From a virus (Duplodnaviria > Heunggongvirae > Uroviricota > Caudoviricetes): 64,000 bases of DNA. Positions within the stretch are counted from its first letter, which is position 1. The number at the start of each line of letters is the position of its first letter. The DNA lies in the IMG/VR virus record IMGVR_UViG_3300046791_000283, positions 1 to 64,000 of that record; one strand, written 5' to 3'. Both the position numbers and the translations under genes were made by a program. Below are positions 18,512-27,531 of this stretch, one piece after another. The notes below the pieces were generated by a model that was not told where the DNA came from, searched no databases, and saw only the letters and a list, made by a program, of their open reading frames with translations.

Positions 18512-19132
18512 ATGGATCCAGCGAAACCAAATTCTATAGCTTGGCCGGTTGAGGAATTGACCGAGCCAGGTAAGATAGAAGTGATTCAACGATTGTTGAA
18601 CACCCTACCAATTGAACTGTGGCCCAAATTCCTCCGCGCTGAAGACTCGCGGATATCGCACAGCGCTATGACCTGCCTGGTGTATTGCCGCCCCGATCGT
18701 ATCGGTATTGATTTCGATAAGGATACTCAGGGATTGATTCACATGAAGGTTTGGGATAAGAACGTACCGGCTTCCGAACTAATCGTAACTGGTTTTGAAT
18801 TTGAGAGTGTCTTTCTTGATACAATAAAATGCCTATTCGATTTGGCTATTCCAAAGGATGAGAATTCAATAAATTTAGCTCGGCACACGCAGGTCGTTTT
18901 GGATGAGAAAGATCGTGAGATCAATCATCTTAAAACACTGATGAATGCAATTGAAATTATAGCTGAGGGCAAACCCGATGGAATGAATGGTATTCTGCTT
19001 GATGTCGTTGATGGTAAACTCCAGTCGGAAACACTTGAAGCGGTTATGAAACTCCGAAAGACAGTGTTGGAATTAGAAGACAAACTCGCAGAAGCCCGCC
19101 CTGACCACTCTAAAGACGTTGGAGACCTATGA
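18512..19132 (+). CDS. hypothetical protein
   Basis: 206-aa ORF. Confidence 0.6.
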   Translation: MDPAKPNSIAWPVEELTEPGKIEVIQRLLNTLPIELWPKFLRAEDSRISHSAMTCLVYCRPDRIGIDFDKDTQGLIHMKVWDKNVPASELIVTGFEFESVFLDTIKCLFDLAIPKDENSINLARHTQVVLDEKDREINHLKTLMNAIEIIAEGKPDGMNGILLDVVDGKLQSETLEAVMKLRKTVLELEDKLAEARPDHSKDVGDL

Positions 19133-19632
19133 TGATCAATATCCAAGATAACACAACGGGAAAACGGTTTGATAAAGAAACCGACCAACCTGGACAACTG
19201 GTTCGTGGGGTGTGCTACATTTTCACGGAACACCATCTCAACCTACTGATTGAATCCGCATGCGCATTACGAAAGGAATGCTACCTAAACGTGGAGGCTA
19301 CGGATGCTCATCTAATGTTCAAGCTAATGCGGAGAACCCAATCGGATACCGAGGCCTACGTACCCTTCGCAAACGCTGGCCACCATTGGTACAAAGGGCA
19401 TAAGCCTGGTGATCTATTCTGGACTGATAGCACGCGATCGAAGGTCGTCTACACGGAAAATGCCAATGGAAAAATGCGATTTATTCTCACACAGCAACAG
19501 ATAATCGAGAACATCACGGTGACCTGCCTGGACAACATCCTATTGCAGGTATTCAGGAAAGCACTTAACTTGGGGCATATACCCCAAGTCTATGGCAGAA
19601 ACAAAGCTCCTCGATCAACCGGCCAACGCTGA
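19129..19632 (+). CDS. hypothetical protein
   Basis: 167-aa ORF. Confidence 0.55.
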   Translation: MMINIQDNTTGKRFDKETDQPGQLVRGVCYIFTEHHLNLLIESACALRKECYLNVEATDAHLMFKLMRRTQSDTEAYVPFANAGHHWYKGHKPGDLFWTDSTRSKVVYTENANGKMRFILTQQQIIENITVTCLDNILLQVFRKALNLGHIPQVYGRNKAPRSTGQR

Positions 19633-19888
19633 TGGACGAAACCAAGGTCTAACGATACGCCAGTATGCTTGCATCGCTCTCAAACTCCCGCTCACCGGTG
19701 ACCATGGTCTCGACCGACTCATTGGGATTGCGCAGCGCAGGGACCTCAGTCTCCAACTCCTATCGGCTATAAGTCAACGCGATGGAGAACAATCATCAAA
19801 TATCGCAGAAGCCATTGAGCAAGCTGAACGCCTCGTTGAAACCCTATCGCGAGGTAAATCGGAACAACCTGCTAGGTCGGCCGCTTAG
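19592..19888 (+). CDS. hypothetical protein; overlaps neighbours in other frames
   Basis: 98-aa ORF. Confidence 0.3.
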   Translation: MAETKLLDQPANADGRNQGLTIRQYACIALKLPLTGDHGLDRLIGIAQRRDLSLQLLSAISQRDGEQSSNIAEAIEQAERLVETLSRGKSEQPARSAA

Positions 19889-20309
19889 CTTCGGTGACCG
19901 TGAACAAATTCAAGCCATCCATCAAACCGGCAGTATATTTCCACTTTTAGACTTCGATGATCAACCGGAATCACGCGGCCCTGAACACCAGGTCGTTTGC
20001 ATCCGTTGTCACAGACTCATCCGGATCCGAAAGCGCTGGACCCGGGAAAAATTCTGCATCGTAACACCAAGGATTCACACTTGTCGCTGTGATCAACGCC
20101 TACTCGTATTCCGTGCCGTTGTTACGGATTGGGATGAACCGGTTGAATACCAGCTTACCGATGGTGACGGGCATTACATCGTATCCGAACCCATTGGCCG
20201 GTGGCTTGGTGCCTACGAATCAATCGATGATCTGGACTTCCGTAACCCCGATGCGGATCCGTGGAGATTTTATAACCATCACTACCTCATTAAACCTTAC
20301 TCGAAATGA
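19782..20309 (+). CDS. hypothetical protein
   Basis: 175-aa ORF. Confidence 0.45.
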   Translation: MENNHQISQKPLSKLNASLKPYREVNRNNLLGRPLSFGDREQIQAIHQTGSIFPLLDFDDQPESRGPEHQVVCIRCHRLIRIRKRWTREKFCIVTPRIHTCRCDQRLLVFRAVVTDWDEPVEYQLTDGDGHYIVSEPIGRWLGAYESIDDLDFRNPDADPWRFYNHHYLIKPYSK

Positions 20310-21097
20310 ATAACAACGTTTGGGAAATACTACGTAAACGATATCCAGCCAACGAATACGCTCTTATGTCCGAAGTTCGGGATGCAGCAGGATTCGGTGC
20401 GTCCAGGTCAGCTGATTTCATCCTATTCAACCTTTGGCCATCCCGAGGCCTACACCTATCCGGAATTGAATTGAAGAGTTCACGCAGTGATTGGTTACGT
20501 GAATTGAAACACCCGAAGAAGGCTGAAGCCATTTTCACGTTCTGTGATTTCTTCTGGCTTCTGACAGAGGAGAAAGATGAGTTTGGTAAAGAAGATTCAA
20601 TAGCTAAGCTTGAAGAGATTCCAATCAACTGGGGTTGGATGGCTATAAAAAAAGGTAAGATTCATATTCGTAAGGAAGCTCCTAAGTTGGAGCCAAAACC
20701 GGTTGATCGTGATTTCCTTGGTGCTATGCTGAAGCGGGCCTGTGATAAAACCAATTTCGTACATATTGGATCCATCGAAGAGCGAGTAACCAATGCTAGG
20801 GAGGCCGGTAGAGAAGAAGCTAAAAACAGGCTGTTTAGTGCGGAGAAGGAACTTGAAAAGCTTAAGGAAGATGTCCAGGCTTTCTACAAAGCTTCTGGAA
20901 TCAATCTCCACAACTACTATCGTTGGCATACAGATCCAACGAAGATCGGAGCAGCGGTGAAAATGATTGAAGAAGGTGGTGCTGAAGCCATCCGTAAGCA
21001 GTTAATTAACTTACAAGGAACTGCAGAGAGTATATTGGCCAGTATAGCAAAACACATAACCACCCTTACGAATGACACCGGAACAAAGGATGCTTAA
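20306..21097 (+). CDS. PD-(D/E)xK-like nuclease-fold protein with C-terminal coiled coil
   Basis: SADFILFN...GIELK resembles the D...(D/E)xK core. Confidence 0.45.
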   Translation: MNNNVWEILRKRYPANEYALMSEVRDAAGFGASRSADFILFNLWPSRGLHLSGIELKSSRSDWLRELKHPKKAEAIFTFCDFFWLLTEEKDEFGKEDSIAKLEEIPINWGWMAIKKGKIHIRKEAPKLEPKPVDRDFLGAMLKRACDKTNFVHIGSIEERVTNAREAGREEAKNRLFSAEKELEKLKEDVQAFYKASGINLHNYYRWHTDPTKIGAAVKMIEEGGAEAIRKQLINLQGTAESILASIAKHITTLTNDTGTKDA

Positions 21098-21377
21098 TGT
21101 AGAGGAGATCATCCGTATGCAACGGAACCTGGTAGGTCTACAGTTTCACGTGGAACCGACCGATACAGGCTTTCAAGTGGTATTCGTTAAAATAGCCGCC
21201 TGGCAGCTTACGGAGCTGCGTAATAAGCTCTTTGAGTTTCGGATGAAACATATAGTGGCCATTGGCAAAGAAGTCGTGGAGGAGCCTAAACCCCACATAA
21301 TGAAGAAAAAACGCAAGAAGCGTAGAAGAGGTCACCGTCCAGGTGATAGTATCCGCATTCAAGGCCCACAGGGCTAA
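21072..21377 (+). CDS. hypothetical protein with poly-basic tail (KKKRKKRRRGHR)
   Basis: 101-aa ORF. Confidence 0.5.
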   Translation: MTPEQRMLNVEEIIRMQRNLVGLQFHVEPTDTGFQVVFVKIAAWQLTELRNKLFEFRMKHIVAIGKEVVEEPKPHIMKKKRKKRRRGHRPGDSIRIQGPQG

Positions 21378-21817
21378 AAAAATTTTTTCTAAAATTTTTC
21401 AGAATTTTTTAAAACCGACCGGGTGGACACTTCCAGCCAGAATCAGGAAATTTGGGGCCGGCGGGGGTCGCGGTTGGGAATCGAAAGCCGAAACCCCCAC
21501 CCGTGACCGCTACAATCCGCTTGGAATCGCTTTATCTCACAGCTGCACAGTAGGACGGGAAAGGCAAAAGCCCTAATGGACTCACGATTTGTACCACAAA
21601 TCCTTATAAGTGGCTAAATACACACTATACAGCGGTTTTGGAAGGGTATTATGGGGTTATCCTGCGTTTATATGTAAGTATCGTGGCAGGGATGAAGGCT
21701 GATTATTGCGGATTATCGGCAATTCACCCCAATCACACAGGCCAGCCTTAGGGGTATGATCATTCCTATTATGGGATAGTATTCCCAACTGTACCATTAT
21801 TGGAATGAAGTGCTGAT

Positions 21818-22021
21818 TTAAGACTTACGCTTACTCTGTTTAACAAAGTAAACCGAGTCAATGATAAACAGATCAATGTCTGTACTATTGGACTCTCCTA
21901 ATTCCTTTTCAATAAGCTGGTAAATGTATTGCCGACTTACTCCGGTCTTGCCGTCTCGCTTCCTATAGGACTTAGCGAGGTTCTCGGGCTTCATGTAATT
22001 ATCTTGTGACTTGACAACCAT
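21818..22021 (-). CDS. small HTH-like DNA-binding protein (regulator or excisionase-like) inside the non-coding hub
   Basis: 67 aa; GVSRQYIYQLIEKEL is helix-turn-helix-like; divergent to the rightward operon. Confidence 0.45.
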   Translation of the reverse strand: MVVKSQDNYMKPENLAKSYRKRDGKTGVSRQYIYQLIEKELGESNSTDIDLFIIDSVYFVKQSKRKS

Positions 22022-22065
22022 GCTGTAAATATAGCGATAATGACGAATTTTCTCGGAAGAATAAA

Positions 22066-22106
22066 AATATTTTACTTGACACTTGACAAGTAAGTTTATT
22101 TGTTTA
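22066..22106 (+). promoter_or_regulatory. Bacteroidota-type promoter for the ribozyme-punctuated operon, with TTGACA-n2-TGACAAGTAA motif and -7 TAGATTTG
   Basis: cTTGACACTTGACAAGTAAGTTTATTTGTTTAGATTTG; TTG to TAGATTTG spacing is 19 nt. Confidence 0.45.
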
Positions 22107-22433
22107 GATTTGTGTATCAGTTCAGCGCAACAATGCGCGACCGTTCTTTAAAGTACTGAATATCAATAGGATGCACAACAAGCCGTAAACTCGGTGCATT
22201 TCCGCAAATCTGCGTGATTCATTCCATGAATGCCCATCCAATATTTGAGACTGACTGAAACAGTATAACAGCAAGATAATCAATGACTTCGATGATGCAA
22301 CAGCGTTTAAATGGACGCAAAGGGCTTAGGTCGGTGGTTATCAGTAAATAGAAATTAGAACGATTAGGGCGTAAAAATCGTGCGGTTCCAAGGGCAGCCT
22401 TGGAACGTTCGTTTAAATCAAATCACAAACACT

Positions 22434-22671
22434 ATGGAAGCAATTAAAAGCAAATTGATCATTACACTGGTTGTTATGTTCATCGCAGTAACAGCGCATG
22501 CACAATCATTTTATCACAAGAAAATGAAACGAGTTAACCGGGATGCTGCTAATTATCAGTGTCAAGCGGTTCAACCGCGTGTTACGTTTGTTCAATCGGT
22601 TAATCACCGAATGAGTTATCAGACCAAACGTAAGCAGTACCGATTCAATACCAAGCTTAAGAGAAGAAATC

Positions 22672-22682
<11 letters not shown>
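22434..22682 (+). CDS. small secreted protein
   Basis: Signal peptide MEAIKSKLIITLVVMFIAVTAHA; stop codon TGA lies inside the CUGA core of hammerhead 1. Confidence 0.55.
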
Positions 22683-22831
<149 letters not shown>

Positions 22832-22839
22832 CTCAGGCA

Positions 22840-23169
22840 ATGGAAGCCAAGAAACCACTGTTCGGGCTCATCTCTTGCGATGGCTCGAATTACTCTGTTA
22901 GCTATGCTAAACAAGATGGATTCACACGAATGACTACAGACGGTTACGGTCTGGACGTATTCAACGGTATGCCGGATAACCTCAGGGTTATTGATTTAAG
23001 GCGGGCAGATTCTAAAAAGGTTGTTCGTCTCATTCTTGAGGTCTCAGGGATTGAAGAGCGTGACGCTTCAGGCATACCGTTAGAATCGTATATCAAGCGA
23101 ATGCGTGAGGCTGGCGCTATCATCCGTACTTTAAAGATGGTTCGCGACTGGGAAGAGGTCACAGGTTAA
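22840..23169 (+). CDS. hypothetical protein (ORFan)
   Basis: 109 aa; stop codon TAA is inside stem I of HH2. Confidence 0.65.
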   Translation: MEAKKPLFGLISCDGSNYSVSYAKQDGFTRMTTDGYGLDVFNGMPDNLRVIDLRRADSKKVVRLILEVSGIEERDASGIPLESYIKRMREAGAIIRTLKMVRDWEEVTG

Positions 23170-23217
23170 CTGAAGAGCTTTAAATAAGCGAAACGGGCAA
23201 TTAAGCCCGTCTTAACC
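23164..23217 (+). ncRNA. type I hammerhead ribozyme HH2
   Basis: GGTTAA-CUGAAGA-[GCTT-taaat-AAGC]-GAAA-[ACGGGC-aattaa-GCCCGT]-C | TTAACC; cleavage after 23211. Confidence 0.85.
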
Positions 23218-23230
23218 AAAACAATAATTT

Positions 23231-23740
23231 ATGGAAACCAAGGTATTGAGTTTTAAAACACGTTCGGAGTTATACGGTACAACTGACGCGGTAATCACGG
23301 ACATTGACCACGCTATAAAATCAGGCTTTTGTCCTTGTGGTTCTGGAGAGGATTACAAATTTTCATCTGAGGAGATTGAACAGCTTAAGCAAATCAAAAG
23401 CGGGTCATTGGAAGAGTTTACCCCTGAATTGAGAGTTCAAACGACTAAAGAACATTTTGAGACCTACAGGGATTTATTTGTGGCTAAGGGTTCGCCTCTA
23501 TCGCTTATCAGTGTGATTGAATCACGGATTGGTAAGGCTGCGATAGTTGAGGCCTTAACCAATGGAGCGGGTCACCTGAATGAAATACCGCTAAAGGTTT
23601 GGGATGGCCTTTGTCAGCACGTTGGTTGGACTGGTAAACAGGGTGATAAGTTTACTAAGTCAAACAGCCAACAGGTATGCCTATTGAAACACATTGCAAC
23701 CTATCAAATCGCAAAAGCAAAGCCAGTCTTTAAAGGTTAA
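23231..23740 (+). CDS. hypothetical protein (ORFan)
   Basis: 169 aa; ends inside HH3. Confidence 0.65.
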   Translation: METKVLSFKTRSELYGTTDAVITDIDHAIKSGFCPCGSGEDYKFSSEEIEQLKQIKSGSLEEFTPELRVQTTKEHFETYRDLFVAKGSPLSLISVIESRIGKAAIVEALTNGAGHLNEIPLKVWDGLCQHVGWTGKQGDKFTKSNSQQVCLLKHIATYQIAKAKPVFKG

Positions 23741-23790
23741 CTGAAGAGAATTTAATATTCGAAACCGTAACACGGGTTACGGTCTTAACC
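23735..23790 (+). ncRNA. type I hammerhead ribozyme HH3
   Basis: GGTTAA-CUGAAGA-[GAAT-ttaat-ATTC]-GAAA-[ACCGTAAC-acgg-GTTACGGT]-C | TTAACC; cleavage after 23784. Confidence 0.85.
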
Positions 23791-23799
23791 AATTACACT

Positions 23800-24516
23800 A
23801 TGGAAAAGCAAAAACTAACCCTTACAGCGGACAAGCTGAAAGAGATTTACACTAATGAGGAGTTTCGTAACGGTGTAGCGTATGCGCACCAATGCTGTGA
23901 CCAGCATGGGAATTTTAAACACTTCGAAACCTGTACGTATCCAGTCCGGTTTATTGTAACCGTTGAGCAAATCGAAGAGGCTAAGCGCGAGATCGAAACC
24001 GCTAAGGCTAAACTGTTAAAGTATATGATTTCCAACCCTTCTGTTTTTATGTTCGTGGGTATGGGCTGTAAGTATCCAGAGCGTTACGCGGATGATCTTT
24101 GTAACCATCGGATAAGGGCGGAATTTAAAAACGCTGTAGGTCACAAGTATTTTATTGAAGTGGGTACGGCTCAGGGGGATAAGATGCGGGTTGACCATTC
24201 AGTCGATCGGGATTTAGAGGAGCAAATGAATAACCGATTGATTGCATTGTTTGAGGAGCGTGACCGCGTTAAACAGTATTCTGCCGCGTGGCATAAGTGT
24301 TGTGAATTGATCAATGAGAATTTAAAACAGCCTTATTACAATTTTGCAGGGTTGGAACGTGGTATGTATGCAGAGTATACTAAAACCAAGTTGTTAAAAA
24401 TGATCAATGAGAAGTTCGGCTGTTTCTTCACTTCCATTGAAGTGGATAACCACACACTTACAACGGATGATTATTCCAACATTAGCCCAAAGAACAGGTT
24501 AACTGATGAGGCCTAA
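23800..24516 (+). CDS. hypothetical Cys-rich protein (ORFan)
   Basis: 238 aa; C-terminus RLTDEA is encoded by the HH4 core and stem II. Confidence 0.65.
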   Translation: MEKQKLTLTADKLKEIYTNEEFRNGVAYAHQCCDQHGNFKHFETCTYPVRFIVTVEQIEEAKREIETAKAKLLKYMISNPSVFMFVGMGCKYPERYADDLCNHRIRAEFKNAVGHKYFIEVGTAQGDKMRVDHSVDRDLEEQMNNRLIALFEERDRVKQYSAAWHKCCELINENLKQPYYNFAGLERGMYAEYTKTKLLKMINEKFGCFFTSIEVDNHTLTTDDYSNISPKNRLTDEA

Positions 24517-24557
24517 ATGGCCGAAACCCTCCGCTAGACGGGTGGAGGGTATTAACC
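24497..24557 (+). ncRNA. type I hammerhead ribozyme HH4
   Basis: GGTTAA-CUGAUGA-[GGCC-taaat-GGCC]-GAAA-[ACCCTCC-loop-GGAGGGT]-A | TTAACC; cleavage after 24551. Confidence 0.85.
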
Positions 24558-24570
24558 AAAACACAGCACT

Positions 24571-25239
24571 ATGGACAAAGGAAAATTATTAGTCCTGCGC
24601 AGACAACTGAAAGCAGGTAAGCACATTGTAACGGCTTGGAACCTAGCGGGCGAATGCCTTCTAACCTTGGACGCTGAGACTAATGGACAGGACGTTAAGG
24701 CTATGCGTACGGCTGGACTCGATCCAGAGCGCGAAGCCGATGTATTCCAATACGTCAACCATCTATTGAGGGATGAGTACAGCGCCTTTGAGTTGGCACA
24801 GGAAACAAAAACCGAAGGCGGCAAAACAATTGATTTAACCCCTACTTGGTCGGCTATGCTTCGGGTTCTGCTTACAGTCATACAGGACGGGAATGCAGAA
24901 GGGCGCAAATTAGCTATTGAGGAATTAACCAATATGGCGAAAGTAGCGGATCAATTCGTAGAGCTTTCAAAGCGAATGCCTAATGGCTTTGAATCTTGGA
25001 TGGAAACACACCACGAGGTGGTAACGGAAATTAACAAGGCCCTTCCAAGTGATTCGGTTCCAGAGAATTCAAATGTGGCTATACGTAGAGCAGAGGCACA
25101 AGGTACTGGCGGCATCTATGAATTAGCCGAAGAGCTTACCACTAAGTTTGAAACTCTGAATAAAGGCCGTGAGTGGGATGGTGAGTTCTACGAGGAGATT
25201 GAAAGCTTTTGTACAAAAGAGCTTTACAATGCAGATTAA
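24571..25239 (+). CDS. hypothetical acidic protein (ORFan)
   Basis: 222 aa; stop codon TAA is inside stem I of HH5. Confidence 0.65.
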   Translation: MDKGKLLVLRRQLKAGKHIVTAWNLAGECLLTLDAETNGQDVKAMRTAGLDPEREADVFQYVNHLLRDEYSAFELAQETKTEGGKTIDLTPTWSAMLRVLLTVIQDGNAEGRKLAIEELTNMAKVADQFVELSKRMPNGFESWMETHHEVVTEINKALPSDSVPENSNVAIRRAEAQGTGGIYELAEELTTKFETLNKGREWDGEFYEEIESFCTKELYNAD

Positions 25240-25291
25240 CTGATGAGGGCTTAATGCCCGAAACCTGAGAAGTTTTTCTCAGGTCTTAATC
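25234..25291 (+). ncRNA. type I hammerhead ribozyme HH5, with a compensatory stem I variant
   Basis: GATTAA-CUGAUGA-[GGGC-ttaat-GCCC]-GAAA-[ACCTGAGAA-gttt-TTCTCAGGT]-C | TTAATC; both strands of stem I changed together (GGTTAA/TTAACC became GATTAA/TTAATC); cleavage after 25285. Confidence 0.85.
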
Positions 25292-25298
25292 AAATCCT

Positions 25299-25559
25299 AT
25301 GGTACAGACAATTTTAAACACACTCGGTATTAGCAAGGCTAAAACTGAGGAATTAAGCGTTACAGCGTTTTTAGTTGCGAAAGCAAAGATTAACGCGGAG
25401 TACGCTGGTAAGAAAATCGACAGCATGACTCACGCGAGGCACATGCTATTCCTTGACAGGAAAATCAACGTGCGCACTATGGTAGTGGGTGCGGTTCGTA
25501 GTGGAGTGATCAAGCCCAGCCAGGCACGGGTCACTGAGGCCAATCTAACCTACTTTTAA
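25299..25559 (+). CDS. hypothetical protein (ORFan)
   Basis: 86 aa. Confidence 0.6.
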   Translation: MVQTILNTLGISKAKTEELSVTAFLVAKAKINAEYAGKKIDSMTHARHMLFLDRKINVRTMVVGAVRSGVIKPSQARVTEANLTYF

Positions 25560-25599
25560 ATCAAATTTATTAACCGGAGCCTTCCTAGCAATCTAATCA

Positions 25600-25659
25600 G
25601 GTTAACTGATGAGGCTTTCCTAGTAGCCGAAACCATCCCAGACGGGGGTGGTCTTAACC
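25600..25659 (+). ncRNA. type I hammerhead ribozyme HH6
   Basis: GGTTAA-CUGAUGA-[GGCT-ttcctagt-AGCC]-GAAA-[ACCATCCC-agacg-GGGGTGGT with one U-G pair]-C | TTAACC; cleavage after 25653. Confidence 0.8.
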
Positions 25660-25672
25660 AAATAGAACACTT

Positions 25673-26356
25673 ATGGACAATCTAATCAATTACAATTTTA
25701 AGCCGATAACCGAAAGGTTTTACGGCTTTGTTACCTATCCAGTAAAATACTCGGATGTAAAAGAACCTGAACAAGGTATTGAGCGCACCTCTGGTGTCGA
25801 TGCGGATTTTCATTCAATTTACTATCAGGCAACCGATGGCCGAGAAATGTGTATCGCTGACTTCGTACGCTGGAAAGATGCCAAGGCATTTGAAAAGCTT
25901 CTGGAATCAGTTATTCAGAATAACATCCCTAGACGCCTTGCATTTGAGAATACAGAACCTACTAAGGAAATTTTTGCTCAGAAGCTCAAAAACTTCATGC
26001 AAGCCGCTGAAGAACTGAGTATTATTTGGACAGAGTGCAATGATGATGAGGTCAACGATACCACATCCTTAGGATACCCGTTCCCATACAGCTTCGATGA
26101 TATGGAGGGAAGAATCCAAGACTGGGGCAATCATACCCTTGAACTATTCAACCGTAAGAAACGAATGATTGAAGTCAAGGCCGGGTTTAAAACACAGATT
26201 ATCTCATTGGAGGAATTCATTACGGATAATGCCAAGCGAACCGATCAATTAACCCTTGAGCAGGATGAGATCAGTGAGTTAATTGGTTTGGGCGTTGGCG
26301 ATAATACTACGATTGACATCGGAGGTATTGAATTTATTATCACACGGAGAACTTAA
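25673..26356 (+). CDS. hypothetical acidic protein (ORFan)
   Basis: 227 aa. Confidence 0.65.
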   Translation: MDNLINYNFKPITERFYGFVTYPVKYSDVKEPEQGIERTSGVDADFHSIYYQATDGREMCIADFVRWKDAKAFEKLLESVIQNNIPRRLAFENTEPTKEIFAQKLKNFMQAAEELSIIWTECNDDEVNDTTSLGYPFPYSFDDMEGRIQDWGNHTLELFNRKKRMIEVKAGFKTQIISLEEFITDNAKRTDQLTLEQDEISELIGLGVGDNTTIDIGGIEFIITRRT

Positions 26357-26362
26357 CTTATA

Positions 26363-26416
26363 GGTTAACTGACGAGAGTTTAATACTCGAAACCCATCTG
26401 CGGATGGGTATTAACC
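26363..26416 (+). ncRNA. type I hammerhead ribozyme HH7
   Basis: GGTTAA-CUGACGA-[GAGT-ttaat-ACTC]-GAAA-[ACCCATC-tgcg-GATGGGT]-A | TTAACC; cleavage after 26410. Confidence 0.85.
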
Positions 26417-26432
26417 AAAAACACTTAAAACT

Positions 26433-26657
26433 ATGGCACATGGAATTAAAAATGTGTTTAAGCTCCTCAATCACCACGGGAACCCTCGTGGGGCATTGCA
26501 TACGAGTTTAACACAATCGGAGGTTTCAAAGCTTTGGGCTGAAGCCAATGTGAATAAAATAAATCTCGATCCAAACGATTTCTTAAACGGTTGGGTTCGA
26601 CACAGTGATCCGGATGCGGAGTTTATCAGTATAACCGAAATCTACCCAATCCGATGA
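26433..26657 (+). CDS. hypothetical protein
   Basis: 74 aa; ATGA overlap with the next ORF. Confidence 0.55.
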   Translation: MAHGIKNVFKLLNHHGNPRGALHTSLTQSEVSKLWAEANVNKINLDPNDFLNGWVRHSDPDAEFISITEIYPIR

Positions 26658-27040
26658 ACCTCCTCTACCTCTACCCCATTGGGCTTGGTAGTCTGGTGGT
26701 CTTATTAACCGTAATCCTTATTAAGCGCTGGCGGGCTATGAATGAAACCTATACGAATGCGGTTGAACGCGAACGTAACGATACATTCTTTGAAGAGCCT
26801 GAAGTGTTTTTAAATCAGGGTTACGTGTTCTGCACACTCTTCAGCATACGCGACATTGAAGCGTGTGCTGTGGATATGGGATTATGTTTAACGCGATTAG
26901 AACAGATCAAAGTGGTCGCGTTGATCAAGCAGGAATTCAACCCACACAGGGGAATCAACTGCCAAACAATCAGAGAAGCAATTGTTAGACTTCAAACAAT
27001 TCATACCTATGAATCAGGATTCGAAGATTACGAAAATTAG
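26654..27040 (+). CDS. hypothetical membrane-anchored protein
   Basis: N-terminal TM segment LYLYPIGLGSLVVLLTVILI. Confidence 0.55.
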   Translation: MNLLYLYPIGLGSLVVLLTVILIKRWRAMNETYTNAVERERNDTFFEEPEVFLNQGYVFCTLFSIRDIEACAVDMGLCLTRLEQIKVVALIKQEFNPHRGINCQTIREAIVRLQTIHTYESGFEDYEN

Positions 27041-27242
27041 TGAACGCCAAACCGCTATACCGTGTCCGGATAACCAACACGACTATAGCCGAGGTTTAGA
27101 TCACACGCTACAGGTGCAACAGCTGAGGGACTGCTTAAAAGTTATTGGTACAGTCCGGCTGGGAAAACCACGATCCGGTATGACAAAAACCGAAGCCCCT
27201 CTGTTCGATCCACCGAAAGCAGAGCAAGGAAATTTATTTTAG
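26982..27242 (+). CDS. possible small ORF
   Basis: 86-aa ORF overlapping the previous gene; the terminator follows. Confidence 0.25.
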   Translation: MLDFKQFIPMNQDSKITKISERQTAIPCPDNQHDYSRGLDHTLQVQQLRDCLKVIGTVRLGKPRSGMTKTEAPLFDPPKAEQGNLF

Positions 27243-27260
27243 TGTTCCATAGGGTTAAAG

Positions 27261-27290
27261 CGTAGGAGAGAAACCTCCTGCGTTTTTTTA
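27261..27290 (+). terminator. rho-independent terminator inside the ribozyme operon
   Basis: cGtAGGAG-agaaac-CTCCTgCG followed by TTTTTTT. Confidence 0.6.
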
Positions 27291-27309
27291 TCCCATTAAT
27301 TCAAAACCT

Positions 27310-27531
27310 ATGCAAGTAATATTATTAAAACCAGAACAGTTAATCGCTATGCGACAAGCATCGTTGTTAAGCCACAAAATGGCCATTTGTATTAATGATG
27401 ATGGAAGCTTTCAAGGTATAGTCATTGAAGCATATATCAATAATGTAGTAAGAACCTTTTGGGTAGATGAAAACTTAGAACGCAATATCCGAGAGGCCTA
27501 TTCAAATCCACTTAAAACCAATTTCAAATGA
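27310..27531 (+). CDS. hypothetical protein
   Basis: 73 aa. Confidence 0.5.
   Translation: MQVILLKPEQLIAMRQASLLSHKMAICINDDGSFQGIVIEAYINNVVRTFWVDENLERNIREAYSNPLKTNFK

Noticed and set aside
21343-21576. Plus-strand ORF of 77 aa in the non-coding hub
   Set aside because: It spans the AT palindrome and GC hairpin, has a Gly/Arg-rich low-complexity product, and its start overlaps the preceding gene. A spurious ORF over structured or non-coding DNA is more likely.
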